Below, piece by piece: positions 12,898 through 25,974 of a stretch of DNA of 64,000 nt. The notes below the pieces were generated by a model. The model had not been told where the DNA came from and ran no database searches. It saw nothing but the letters and a program-made list of their open reading frames with translations. The first letter of the stretch is position 1; the number at the start of each line of letters is the position of its first letter. The DNA is from Octopus sinensis (taxonomy: Eukaryota). The position numbers and the translations under genes were made by a program. The stretch is taken from positions 17,794,001 through 17,858,000 of the forward strand of contig NC_043004.1 in the NCBI RefSeq assembly GCF_006345805.1, read 5' to 3'.

Positions 12898-14315
12898 GAC
12901 ACAACACACACAAATGAAAGAGAAAATAAAAAAAGAATATTATAGACGAGTTAGATCAATACTAAAAACAGAGCTCAATGCTAAAAACAAGATAATAGGT
13001 ATCGACACTTTAGCTGTCCCAGTTATAAGTTACAGCTACAATATCCTTAACTGGACACGAAATGAACTGTCCAAAATAGATAGGAAAACAAGAAAAATAC
13101 TGACAGGATCTAGGATGCATCACCCAAAATCTGACATAGAAAGACTATATATACAACGTATAGAAGGTGGTAGAGGCCTTATACAGCTGGAACACTACTA
13201 TAAAATAACCACCATAGGACTGCAAAAATACCTACTTCAGAAGGAAGGAAAACTGATCCAGATAGCAGCAAAACACGAGCAAAACAAAAAACTGTTCTCA
13301 GTATTTAAGGAAGCTGACAAATACAAACAAGAAATCATACCACCTAATAAACACAAAGAAGAAGAAGAAGATGATGAAGAAACAACAAAAGCTATAAAAC
13401 AAATGAAATCCAAACTAAAAATAGAACAGCAACGAGCCATGATAAAACGATGGCAAGAAAAGTCCCTTCATGGTAAATACTGCACTAAACTAAACGCAAA
13501 AGAAATAGACAAAGAAAAATCCCAGCAATGGTTGAGAAGCTCAGGACTCAAAGCAGAAACAGAGGGATTTTTAATTGCAGCACAAGACCAAAGCCTCCCC
13601 ACCAGAAATTACCAAAAACATGTAATGAAAAGAAATATTACAAGTAACTGCAGAATATGTGGAGATGGACAAGAAACAATAAATCATATTATCTCTAGCT
13701 GCCCAGTCCTGGCTAAGAAGGAATATATTCACAGATATGACAGAGTTGGAACCTACATACATTGGAAGCTATGCCAACATTATGGAATAACAACAGAAAA
13801 AAGATGGTATAGGCACACACCAGAAAAGGTCACAGAAAACGAGAAAGCAACCATACTCTGGGATATGCTGATACACACAGATAGAGAAATTAAGGCCAAC
13901 AGACCAGATATAGTTGTCAGAGATCATGAAGAAAAAAAATGCTTTCTAATTGATGTATCAATACCAGCAGATGACAACGTGTCTCTAAAAGAAATGGAGA
14001 AACTCTCAAAATACAAAGACCTGGAAATAGAGGTAACTAGAATGTGGAACCTGAAAACAGAAACAATTCCTATCATAGTAGGTGCATTAGGCATGATAAA
14101 AAAATATTCAGACAAATACATAACAAAAACACCAGGACTTACAAACACATATAACATACAGAAAATTGCACTACTAGGCACTGCACACATCCTACGCAGA
14201 ACACTTTCCATACAATAACCATCAGAGCATCACAACAAATCACAGCACATACCCAAGGCACACAGAGCTGCGCTCGGTAGTGAAGTGAAAGCACGCTATA
14301 AAAATAAAACTACTG
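12897..14315 (+). mobile_element. R4/Dong-like RLE non-LTR retrotransposon, 5'-truncated (thumb, CCHC, PD-(D/E)xK endonuclease, 3' UTR)
   Basis: Uninterrupted frame to the TAA at 14216-14218: CRICGDGQETINHIISSC (CCHC), RPDIVVRDHEEKKCFLIDVSIP...KLSKY (REL nuclease), IQKIALLGTAHILRRTL. (AAT)n on both sides, consistent with Dong-type targeting of TAA repeats. Confidence 0.92.
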
Positions 14316-14353
14316 AATAATAATAATAATAATGAATAATAATGAATAATAAT

Positions 14354-14484
14354 CTGCACACATCCTACGCAAAACACTTTCAATACTGTAACCATAAGAG
14401 AACAAACCAAACCACATCACATACTCAAGGCACACAGAGCTGCACTCGGTAGTGAAGTGAAAGCACGTTATAAAAATAAAACCA

Positions 14485-14487
<3 letters not shown>
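14354..14487 (+). mobile_element. Heavily 5'-truncated sister copy of the R4/Dong-like element
   Basis: Matches 14182-14315 (ctgcacacatcctacgc...gtagtgaagtgaaagcacg.tataaaaataaaac.actg) and is followed by (AAT)n. Confidence 0.85.
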
Positions 14488-14552
<65 letters not shown>

Positions 14553-14576
14553 TAATAATAATAATAACAATAATAT

Positions 14577-16870
14577 AAGAAGTGACACCGGGGGACGTTT
14601 AAGGAAGAAGTGACACCGGGGGACGTTTAAGATGTAAGAACGATAAAACAGAGCTCCGAAATCTATCCACAAACATCGAAAACAAGGACATCGTATGGAA
14701 CCAAAGATTTACTAACAAAGGATTGGACTGTATCCGAGTAAGTAATACTCATTGAAATTTATTACTATTTTCGAAACGAAATGATGTAGTTTGACTCGAT
14801 ATCATCTCCACCTCTAACACAACACATGTAAACATGCGTGGAACATTACGATCCATCAACACCAGATCATCCCAGACCCCAAACACCATGTACAAAGGAA
14901 CTACGAAGAAATTAAATACCATCGATATTATTCAACCCAAGATTAACAATCGGGAGGTACGTACTTTAAACTTACAGCACAAAATGTACGAAAAACTACA
15001 CGTGCAAAACAATGTGACAACAGAAATGAATGGACCGGTACCCTACGAAAATGACGACCGTCAAAATAATGGGCTGGACGTTGTTCCTCATGTCCCGCAA
15101 ATAAAACCCAAAAGACATAAATGGACACGTGAGGAATACATTTCTATCCTACACGCATACTTCACAGCAGTGCTCTACCCAAAAAATGAAAACACAACAA
15201 CACATACATATAAAATATGGAAGGAAAATAACATAAATATAGACTTGGATACAGCAATGAACCCTAATAAACTAGCTAACGTACGAAGATACATTCTCAA
15301 CGCAAAAAAATATCAGAAATAGAAATAGAACATCTAAAAGAAAAAATACACCAGGAAAATGTAGATAGAAGCCACACAACAATGCCCAATAATATAAACA
15401 CTGAAACAGTAAAACACGAAGACAAACGTAACATTCCCAACAAACACGATGTAAACAAAAAACAACAAACCCAGACCGTAAGGATGCATAATAATACACG
15501 ACAAACAGCAAGCCAAAACACGGCAAACAAACATATAAATAAGAAAGAAAGCGACACAAATCTAAAACCTGGAAACAACGAAGGGGAGCCTAATGATTAT
15601 GATAATATAAAAAGTAAAATAATCAAAGAACTGAAAACCACAGAGCTCAAAATGGACCACCGACCATACCTCCCAAAAATCAAAATAGACGAAACAAGAA
15701 CACCAATTATAAACAGCATAAACCTAGCTGTCACGGAACTAATAGCCACTGAAACAAAAAGCGATATCACTGAGCTAAATTATTTAGTATATGCAGCAGC
15801 CACTGCAGCCACAAAAGAAGCTGGATACTCACTCAGACCCATCCAAACAGGAGTACCACCACCCAAACAAACCCTGTGGATAAATAACATCCAAAATAAA
15901 ATACAAAAAAATGAGAAAAGATCTGTCGATTCTTAATGAAATCAGTAGACAATCATCGCTACTGAGCAACAAAAAGAAAACAAAAATACTCCGCTAATAT
16001 AACATTACAGAAAAAGATTTACCTGAGATAAAAGAAAAGCTGAAGCAAGATATCCTTGCCAAAGCACAAAGGATCCTCCGGTACGAGAAACGCCAGCGCT
16101 TCTTTGAACAAAACAAAAAGTTCAACTCCAACCCCAAAAAGTTCTACCAAGAACTTGGCAAAAATAAAATAGAAATCACTGCAGCACCAACGGCAGAAGA
16201 AGTGGAAGAATTCTGGAGAGAAATATGGTCGGCGAACTAACAACCAAAAACAAGGAGTATTAAAACAACAAACTCAGCATCTGAGCAACTTTGGACCCCC
16301 ATATCAACTGAAGAGGTCACCCAGGCACTGCAAAGACTAAGCAACTGGAAGGCACCTGAGCATGACAAGATCCCCAACTTCTGGTTGAAATATCTAACAT
16401 GAATGCACAAAAGGCTGTCTGAAAACTTTAACAGCATACTAGCAGAGCCAGAGACAATGCCTGAATGGCTCACGAAGGGGAAAACCATCTTAATTCCCAA
16501 ATCAAATGAGACAGCAAAACCAGAAAACTACAGACCAATAACCTGTCTCCCTACAATGTACAAGGCATTTACTGCAGTGATATCGCAAAGGTTGAACAAG
16601 CACCTGGACGAAAACAACCTGTTTCCAGAAGAGCAGAAAGGATGCCGCAAAGGCTCATATGGCTGTAAAGATCAACTAATGATTAATAAAGCCATAACTG
16701 AAGACAGCCACTGAAAGAAGAAAGGCCTCAGTATGGCCTGGATCGACTACAAAAAGGCGTTTGGTAGCATCCCCCACACATGGATCCTCGAAACACTAGC
16801 CATTAACAAAGTAGCACCAACAATTATAAAATTCATAGGGCATTCTATGAATAAATGGCAAACAGTGCTA
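14577..16870 (+). mobile_element. R4/Dong-like element, 5' half (5' UTR, N-terminal domain, RT motifs 0-3), 3'-truncated and frameshifted
   Basis: KRHKWTREEY...KLANVRRYIL (R4-type N-terminus), PEWLTKGKTILIPK...ENYRPITCLPTMYK, EEQKGCRKGSYGCKDQLMINK, SMAWIDYKKAFGSIPH. Contains stops and frameshifts, and ends before the QGD/YxDD motifs at a SINE-B fragment. Confidence 0.9.
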
Positions 16871-16999
16871 CGTTTCTGCGTTCAAATCCTAGCGAGATCA
16901 GCTTCACTTTTCATCCTTTCGAGATTCGATTTACTGGGATCGAGGTAGCCAACTTGCCCCTTCCCTCAAAATTATTGAGTTATTATCAACACTTTAACC

Positions 17000-18060
17000 A
17001 CAATTCATCACGACCATCACCTCTAGCATCACTAAGACCAACAAGAATAGCAGCACAACATCCTCCACCGCCATCAACACCACCATAACCATCATCCCAC
17101 CCTCAAACAACCAGTAAACACAACATTCACCACCATCACCACCACCACCACCACCGCCGCCGCCACCACCGCCGCCGCCACCACCACCACCACTATCACA
17201 ACTACAACAAACGCCAATTCTGCAACCTCTACCACACCAATACAATCTGCATCACCACCGCCTCCATTACAGCTACTATTACTACAACCAAAACCACTAC
17301 CACCACCACTACCATCACCACCCTCACCAACGCCACCATCAAAGCACACTTAACTACCCTCACCACCACCACCACCACCACCACAACCCTTAACATCATC
17401 ATTGTTACCACCACTACCATCACTACCGCCACTACCAAACACACCACCACCACCACCACCACCACCACAACCATCACTACCCTCACCAACGCCACCACCA
17501 AAACACACTTAACTACCCTCACCACCACCACCACAACCATCAATATCATCATTGTTACCACCACTACCATCACTACCGCCACCACCACCACCACCACCCT
17601 CACCAACGCCGCCATCAAAACACTTAACTACCCTCACCACCACCACCACCACAACCATCACTACCCTCACCAACGCCACCACCAAAACACACTTAACTAC
17701 CCTCACCACCACCACCACAACCATCAATATCATCATTGTTACCACCACTACCATCACTACCGCCACCACCACCACCACCACCCTCACCAACGCCGCCATC
17801 AAAACACTTAACTACCCTCACCACCACCACCACCACAACCATTAACATCATCATTGTTACCACCACTACCATCACTACTTCCACCACCAAAACACACCAC
17901 CACCACTACCATCACTACCCTCACCTACGCCACCACCAAAACACACTTAACTACCCTCACCACCATTAACAACATCATTGTTACCACAACCATTAACAAC
18001 ATCATTGTTACCACTACTACCATCACTACCACCATCACAACTTTCACTGCCGCCGCCCTG
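17000..18060. repeat. (CAC/ACC)-rich modular minisatellite with a 184-bp higher-order duplication
   Basis: Modules accctcaccaacgcc.ccat/accaaaaca(ca)cttaactaccctc and atcatcattgttaccaccactaccatcactaccgcc recur. ORF pairs 17552/17736 and 17618/17802 are offset by exactly 184 nt and begin with identical translations. Confidence 0.85.
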
Positions 18061-21000
18061 CCACCGCAGCTCCAGGCACCATTAACACCGCCATCGCTGC
18101 CATCACCAAGACTACCAACGCCATTACCCGCTACGAAAGACATTACTTTGATCTGTACCATTTGGTTGTTGGTGATCTTCGTATTAGTTGTGTCGCTATC
18201 ATTATTACTGTTGCTAGCTGAATGTTGTATAAGATAAGGATTGTATTGTTAGAAAGGGTTACGAGGGCGGTTTGGGACAACGAAAGCAGCAGAAAGAAGG
18301 GGTGGCGGCGTGTAGCAGCAGCGGTGGTATAGAGCGACAAACTGCAACGGCACGGTTTGATTCAATCATGAACGACATTTGTTAATGGGACTGTCAAGTG
18401 CTTCCTTGTTATGGCCTGTATTTTAATATTGATTTATGGCATAAGCAAAAACACGTCGGATTTGCAAGAAATTTAGAGAGAGATTAAACGACGTTAAGGA
18501 TTCAGTCCGTTTGATTGCTGCTTTTTAATATTTGTTTGAAATGCATTCTTCGTGTAGGTTGTATTTGTTGTTGTTGTTGTGGTAGTTGTTGGTTTTCCTT
18601 AGCATAATGTTAATCCTCATCACGCAGTCCAATGATCAAAGGCGTTCCAGCCTTGATTCTCTTAGCTTTTTAATAAGTGGCCTTAACGAATAGTAATAAT
18701 AATAATAATAATAAAGATTTTATTTATCTGCCATAAGGGCGAAGGGTGAGGGGGCAATACAAAGACAGACATAGAGTGTTGGGGTTTACATATAATGGAA
18801 TGATTAAAAAAAACTCTAAGCCGATTTCGGCGTATGGGCGTTCGAAGGAAAGAATTATATTTAAAAAGGGGATCTTTTCATTTTGGCTGCACATGCGGAA
18901 ATTTCAAAGTTTAGCGAAAATTTTAAAATATGGTGTACTGATGTAATTTTTTACGCTAAATTTCGGGAGAAAAAAATGTTTTTAAAAAGTTACAGAGGTT
19001 TCATTTTTGATCATTTTTATCCAGTTAGTAATTGGAAGCTGTCATTTTGTGAGTGACAGCATGCGTTGTCAACTGTAAAGGAATAAAATATTCTTTTCTA
19101 CCCTAGGCACAAGGCCCGAAATTTTGGGGGACGGGCCAGTCGATTAGATCGACCCAAGTGCGTAACTGGTTCTTAATTTATCGACCCCGAAAAGATGAAA
19201 GGCAAAGTCGACCTCGGCGGAGTTTGAACTCAGATCGTAAAAACAGACGAAATACCGCTAAGCGTTTCGTCCGGTTTGCTAACCTTTCTGCCAGCTCACC
19301 GTCTTAAAACAAATGAAATATTGGCGGCATTCTGCTTTACGTACGCCATATAACCTCTCATAACTTTTTGATGTTTTGGAATTTTCAGAAAATTTTTACG
19401 AAGTAATATTCTACACACGGGAATTCGAACAATTATACAAAAACAAAGAAAAATAATTTGGTGCATGTGTTAAAGCCTATTTAGCTGTTATTTTTAGCAC
19501 ATCTCACAACTACCATTTAATAAGCGAAAAATGATCGCGTGTGTAAATAGCTTGGTAACGACTTGGCTTGTTACTATGGAAACAGGCTTGCTACTATGGA
19601 AATAATCTGTGGATTACGATTGGCTAAAATTACTCAAAATTTGCAAACTTTAATGTTATTAACTCTTTATTGATTTATGGCGAAAATGATCCACTTGGAT
19701 CTATCTAGGTAATAAAACTTTCCAAAAAGCTTACATTATATTGTAGGGATTTAGTGATTGTTTCAACTTATCCTTATACCTTAGCAGTTACCTTCAGTTA
19801 CTGCGGAATCCCTCTACTTGTTGACCATGCAAAATAATTTTCGAAATGCGATCATCCGGCAACTTTACCTTTCATCTCTTTCAAAGCGGATAAAATGAGT
19901 ACTAATCTAGGGTGTTGGATTAGTGGAACTTTAAAACCAACAGACTGGACATCTTATAATATTGACTGGACATCTTATAGTATTATAGTAACTCATTGCG
20001 TTTTAAGATCAAGTCATGACAAGGCCTACTTGATCGTTAGACTTATTCATTGCGCAGTTTAACAGCACTATTTAGAACCTTAAGTACCCTTAACAGAGAA
20101 GCTCATTCTGTTCATTTTGTAGCGAGAATGTAGCTGGGTTCTTCGGGTGCAAGTGCATGCCGAGAGTAGGCCTATACATCTGAGTTATTTCCACTTACAC
20201 CTATCCATCTTTCATCAAATTCACTCTCCTCTCAACCTTCGTCTTACTCTCTCAATGATAAGGATTTGGTGAAAGTGTAAAGGGATTTTTCTCTAGTCCT
20301 TTCAAATGTATTCTCCATGCAATCTTTTTAGCCATGTCTACACAAAAAAAAAAGAAAAAGTCTTTTCCTTTCCCGGTCAAAGGAAGGTGGTTGGGGGAAA
20401 TCCTCATGACAAACAGTTGCCGATGTCTCGGCCCCTGTAGATGTCTGTTCATTTTCCACAGCATATCGATCTCCTTGCGTCCAGGAAGTTATCATGAAAC
20501 GAGCCTTCTGACTAGTGGAACGCATTTCCTGCCTCATCACGCCAAAATGGCGGCGCTCTAATCTGGCCAGATTAAAATGAAGGCAAGGCAAGATAGTCAA
20601 GGCAAGATAGTAATAAATAATGGGACTGGTTTTCGTGGACTCTCCTGACATAAACGAAAGATGGGGGTTTCTAACATCTTGGTGAACAACCTGCACAGAC
20701 GATTTGTTTACAGTGAGGAAATTCTTGTGCTGTACATTAGCTCACTGCTTCCACCAAATAAACATTACCTGTACAGGTGCACAGAATGCCACATGTCTAG
20801 GTTATCAGAGGTCGACGTAAAATGAAGTGTTTTGGTCAAGGACACAACATATCGTCCGGCCCAGGATTCGAAACGTGATTTTGTATTCGTGAGCAGTAAC
20901 CGCTAGACCACGCGACTTCACTACGGTTATCGTTACAGTTATAATTACGTTTATCAGTTCAAGGCGGCGAGCTGGGAGAACCGTTTGCGCACCGGTCAAC

Positions 21001-21708
21001 AACGCTTAGGGATATTTCCGTCGGCTTTACGTTTTGAGTTCAAATTTCACCGAGGTCGACTTTGCCTTTCATCTTTTCTGGGTCGATAAATTAGGGATAA
21101 GCTGAGCACAGGGGTCAATGAAATCGACTAGACACCTCACCCATACAATTTCAAGCCTTCTGCCTATCGTAGGAAAGGTAATTCCGTATATCTGTAAAAT
21201 TCTCAGGGGTCTTTATAGAAGAAGGCAAGGTGGTTGAGTGACGTTCGTTCCTTTTTCAATGTCGTAATTGGCGACACAGTTAAAATAACTTGGTAAGCAA
21301 ACAGGAATAAAAACCCGGTTTCTAAGCTCATCTCCTCTGTATGTAACTTTTACACTTTCTACAGCAGCGTTCAGTTACTTTTGATAGTACCGCTGTCGAT
21401 TTGACAACAACCCAGTTTAGCGTTAATTAAACATGAGAAAGTATAAATAGGAAAAAAATGAAAGAAGCTGAACTGATTCCAACCGATATAATTGGAAAAG
21501 AAAGAAAAAAACGAACATTCTAAATCCTTTTCATCTAAGTTCTTACAATTGAAACTGTCAAGCAACAAATGAAATCACGTGAAAATGCGCTTTACGAGAT
21601 ATAATTGTATAAAAAAAAGAGAAAGAGAAGAAAACATTATCAGAGCAAGCGTCTTTAATATAATCGAAGTGAATTTTGGACAAATATTCTCTTCGGGAAT
21701 GATGTGTT

Positions 21709-21770
<62 letters not shown>

Positions 21771-22020
21771 TTTTCTGCGTTTTCTCTTAGATTAATGAAT
21801 ATTTCTTTAAGAAATTATAGACATTTGATTTGGCACACATCAAAGTATATATTTCTTTCATATATCGGTTAGCGTGCAAATTTTCAAACGTGTGTACATT
21901 TTTCAGTATTGGTATATTTGTTGCACATACTATATAGATTAAGTTACTGAACGTACAACACACACACACACTACACGTGTGTACTTTCATATACATGCTT
22001 ATGTGTTTATATCTGTATGC

Positions 22021-22101
<81 letters not shown>

Positions 22102-23134
22102 TACATATACATAAATATACACGGACATATGTATGTATATATATATTATATATATATTTACATATATATACATATACATATATATACATATACATATATA
22201 TACACGCACATATGTATGTATGTATGTATGTATGTAGGAAGATATTGATATGACATTTATTAACCTGTTACGATCGTTACAATAACAGATGGATCGATTT
22301 AAAATGCTGGAATATATATACAAAAGCTATTGTTCGATTGCATATGATATTACATGAAAATCCAATCCTGTCATTTCATCATGACTTTCAAACGTTGGAT
22401 TTGAAAGCATTTAGGCGCAATGTTGTCACCTCGGTCATTTATACGCCATAGAAACCGATTAAGCAGTCTCAGGGCTCGAAAAACAAGATATGATTTACAA
22501 ACAGCAGATATACGCTACTACCTCAAGTACCTGTAGCACGAAAGATACGATACCTCCTTCTGTAATGAGATAAATTCCAGGCCGACTGAGTGACAGAATT
22601 TGAGCGCTGTGCGCGACGCCTCGACGTATTCGTTCTATTTTTGTGTTCAAGTCGCTGACTTAATTCATCGTCCGGTTTCACATCATCACACGGAACTTGG
22701 GTTCCTCGAATGGAGTCATTCTGCTGCAAGTATTTGGGATAGGTTCTCAGTTTGAGGGGATCTTTCTCTCTTCCTCCTCCCAAGTCTTGGAGGTTCTGGA
22801 AAAAATAAAAGTTCATGGGCTACACGCTTCTTTCTTTGACAAAAAGGTTAAAGAAAACAAATGATGTTTTCTTCGCTCGAGGCATTGTTGTTGTTTTTTG
22901 TTGCTAGTGGTGGTGGTGGTGTAAGTGGTGAGGTGTTAAGGCTGCAGACCTGTGTATATATTATTTTATCCTTTAACTTGATTAAGTCATTTGACTGCGG
23001 CCACGCTGGATCACCGCCTAATCGACCCGAGGACTTATTTCTTTAGGCTAGTACTTATTCTATCGGAATCTTTAGCCCAACCACTAGGTTATAGGGACAC
23101 AAGCGCACCAGCACCGGTTGTCAAGCGGTGATGT

Positions 23135-23205
<71 letters not shown>

Positions 23206-23206
23206 A

Positions 23207-23251
<45 letters not shown>

Positions 23252-23440
23252 TCGGGCTTCTTTCAGTTTCCGTTTGCCAAATCCACCCACAAGGTTTTGA
23301 TCGGCCCGAGGATATACTAGAAGACACTTGCCAAGGTGTCATGCAGTGAGACTGAACCCGGAACTATGTAATTGGAAAGCAAGCTTTTTACCATACTGCC
23401 ATTCCGGCGCTTATATATTTCTATATATATATATATATTC

Positions 23441-23482
<42 letters not shown>

Positions 23483-24556
23483 TCGTATATATACACACTG
23501 AGGCTTGACTGTATTTAAGAAATTCGCTTTGCACAAATGGGATAGAAAATCTTCAAAACGTACATATTCAAACACACATACACACGCGCAAGTGCCTATG
23601 TTCGCCTATAAATAAACTTAGAATTAAAGTTTAACCGAATATTCAAAAATAATACTTGTGTATAATCCCTACATATATACACATACATAGTAATAAAACG
23701 AATACACACAACATAACCTGCACATTCGTACACACGTGTACTCACACGACATCAAATGTGCACATTCAACATGTAATACACACAGATATTCACAGGCAAT
23801 AAAACGTATACACACACAATAAAACATACACACAAAAAATATATTGCAGATACGCAACGCAGAATGCACACATATGCATATGCGAAATACATAGCGCACA
23901 CGCAATACAAACATACATTCAAACAGCTGTATTGTAAAAATCTGTACACATAAAAAATATATTATACACACACACACACTACATAGTACACTCAGTCATA
24001 TACACCAAACAAAATACATACACACACAAAATATATTGTGCACACATGGTTCCGGGTTCAGTCCCACTGCGTGGCACCTTGAGCAAGTGTCTTCTACTAC
24101 GACCTCGGGACTACCAAAGCCTTGTGAGTGGATAAGGTAGACGGAAACTCTGTGTGTGTGTGTGTGTGTGTTTGTCCCCCCAACTTCGCTTGACAACCAA
24201 TGCTGGTGTGTTTACGTCCCCTTAACTTAGCGGTTCAGCAAAAGAGACCGCTAGAATAAGTACTAGGCTTACAAAGAATAAGTCCTGGGGTCGATTTGCT
24301 CGACTAAATGCTGTGCTCCAGCATGGCCACAGTCACATGACTGAAACAAGTAAAAGAGTAAAGGGTAAAAGAGTATGCATATATTGCAGACAGGCGAAGG
24401 CATAGCTATGTGACTGCGAAGTTTGTTCTGCAACTACATGCTTTCGAGTTGCGTTCCACTGCGCGGCACCTTGAGCAAATATATTCTACTATAGGCCCGG
24501 ATCGACAAATGCCTTGTGAAGAAATTTGGTAAACAGAAATTTTTCGGAAGCCTCTC

Positions 24557-24638
<82 letters not shown>

Positions 24639-24705
24639 ATGTGTACATATATATATATATATCAAATAAAAGACAGAAGATGGAATATACGAGAATTTAT
24701 TGTTA

Positions 24706-24814
24706 ATCACGACAATTGTTTCGATACATCTAGCATCAATTCCTCTAGGGTGGGACACTCAACAACTGGTTCAGGAGCATCCAGTGGTGCAGATGTATCA
24801 TCTCGTCAGGTGAT
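24706..24814 (-). ncRNA. Type-I hammerhead ribozyme motif with canonical core and a long branched helix II
   Basis: Minus strand: ATCAC-CTGACGA-GAT(GAT)ACATCT GCA...TGC T AGATGTATC-GAAA-CAATTG-TC|GTGAT. Helix I 5 bp, perfect palindromic helix III ACAATTGT, GUC site. Confidence 0.8.
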
Positions 24815-25134
24815 GAATGTGTATGTGTGTGTGCATGTTTGTATGTGTATGTGTGTGCGTGCATGTGTACGTTTATATGTGTGTCTTTCTGTGTTTGTCG
24901 CCCCACGACAGTTAGACAACTGTTTTACGTCCTCTAACTTAGCAGGTCGCAACCGACACAATGGATATGAGACTGAGAAAAAAGGAAAATCAAGTAATGT
25001 GGATTTGTTCGACTAAATCCATAGAAATCAGCACTCCAGTATGATCACAATCCAATGATTGAAACTAGAAAGAGATAAAATACACGAAACAAACAACGCA
25101 AAATACACGCGTGCACGCACGTACGCAAACAATA

Positions 25135-25177
<43 letters not shown>

Positions 25178-25974
25178 GTGTGTACGAATGTCCAGAAATA
25201 TGAAATATAAAATTACATAGATGGTAATGTGTGCGCTGAATAGCCAAGTTATAGGAGCCTATGAGACGCTATGTCACTACTTACATGACCGCCACCAACT
25301 ACAAAAAAATCAGCAGTAACACTGCTTCAACCGAACGGAGTAGCTTCATTATGTTACCTTTTCCTCAAGGAGGGAAGGACACTGTCCATAGATCTTCTTT
25401 TCTTTTTCTATGGCAGTATTTCCATTTCTGTTGTTTATCGCGTTGTTGCTTTTATAGCGAATTTAGTGGTTGAGATATCAGAAGCATTAACATTCGTAAC
25501 TCTACCTTCACATTGCTCTACTAGAAGCAGTGGAGATACTGTTGTTCGTGTGTAAGATGGCTCCAATGTTTTCTTCGTTTTTAGAAAGTATAGGACCGAC
25601 AAGTAAATCTGTTTGGGGCCAGCTGTGTATTAATACACAGGTAGGAGGGAAAGACGGACAGGATATCTCCTATGTCAGGGGCTTCTTCAAATCTACACTG
25701 GCAGTTTTAAAATTGTTTTCAAAACATATTTAACAAACGGTTATTGGGACAGATTGCGGTGAAAAACGAGGGTGACTTATTTATTAATTGCTTGGTTACC
25801 TCTTCTAAGCAGTAATAACAATTTGGACGACCGTAGTCGACGAGAGTAAAGAAATTTCAGGAGAAAAGGTGCCAGTGAAGAACTAGTGTGGATTTCAGGA
25901 TTTCATATGTGATACTATTTTTTAAATGCCAAACTTTTTTTTACATGAGCACCTACAAAAATAGATAAAATTAA

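Noticed and set aside
22668-22695. Minus-strand GTGATGA-TGT-GAAA-CCGG
   Set aside because: Only 3 nt lie between the boxes, position 3 is G, and there is no NUH site; coincidental.
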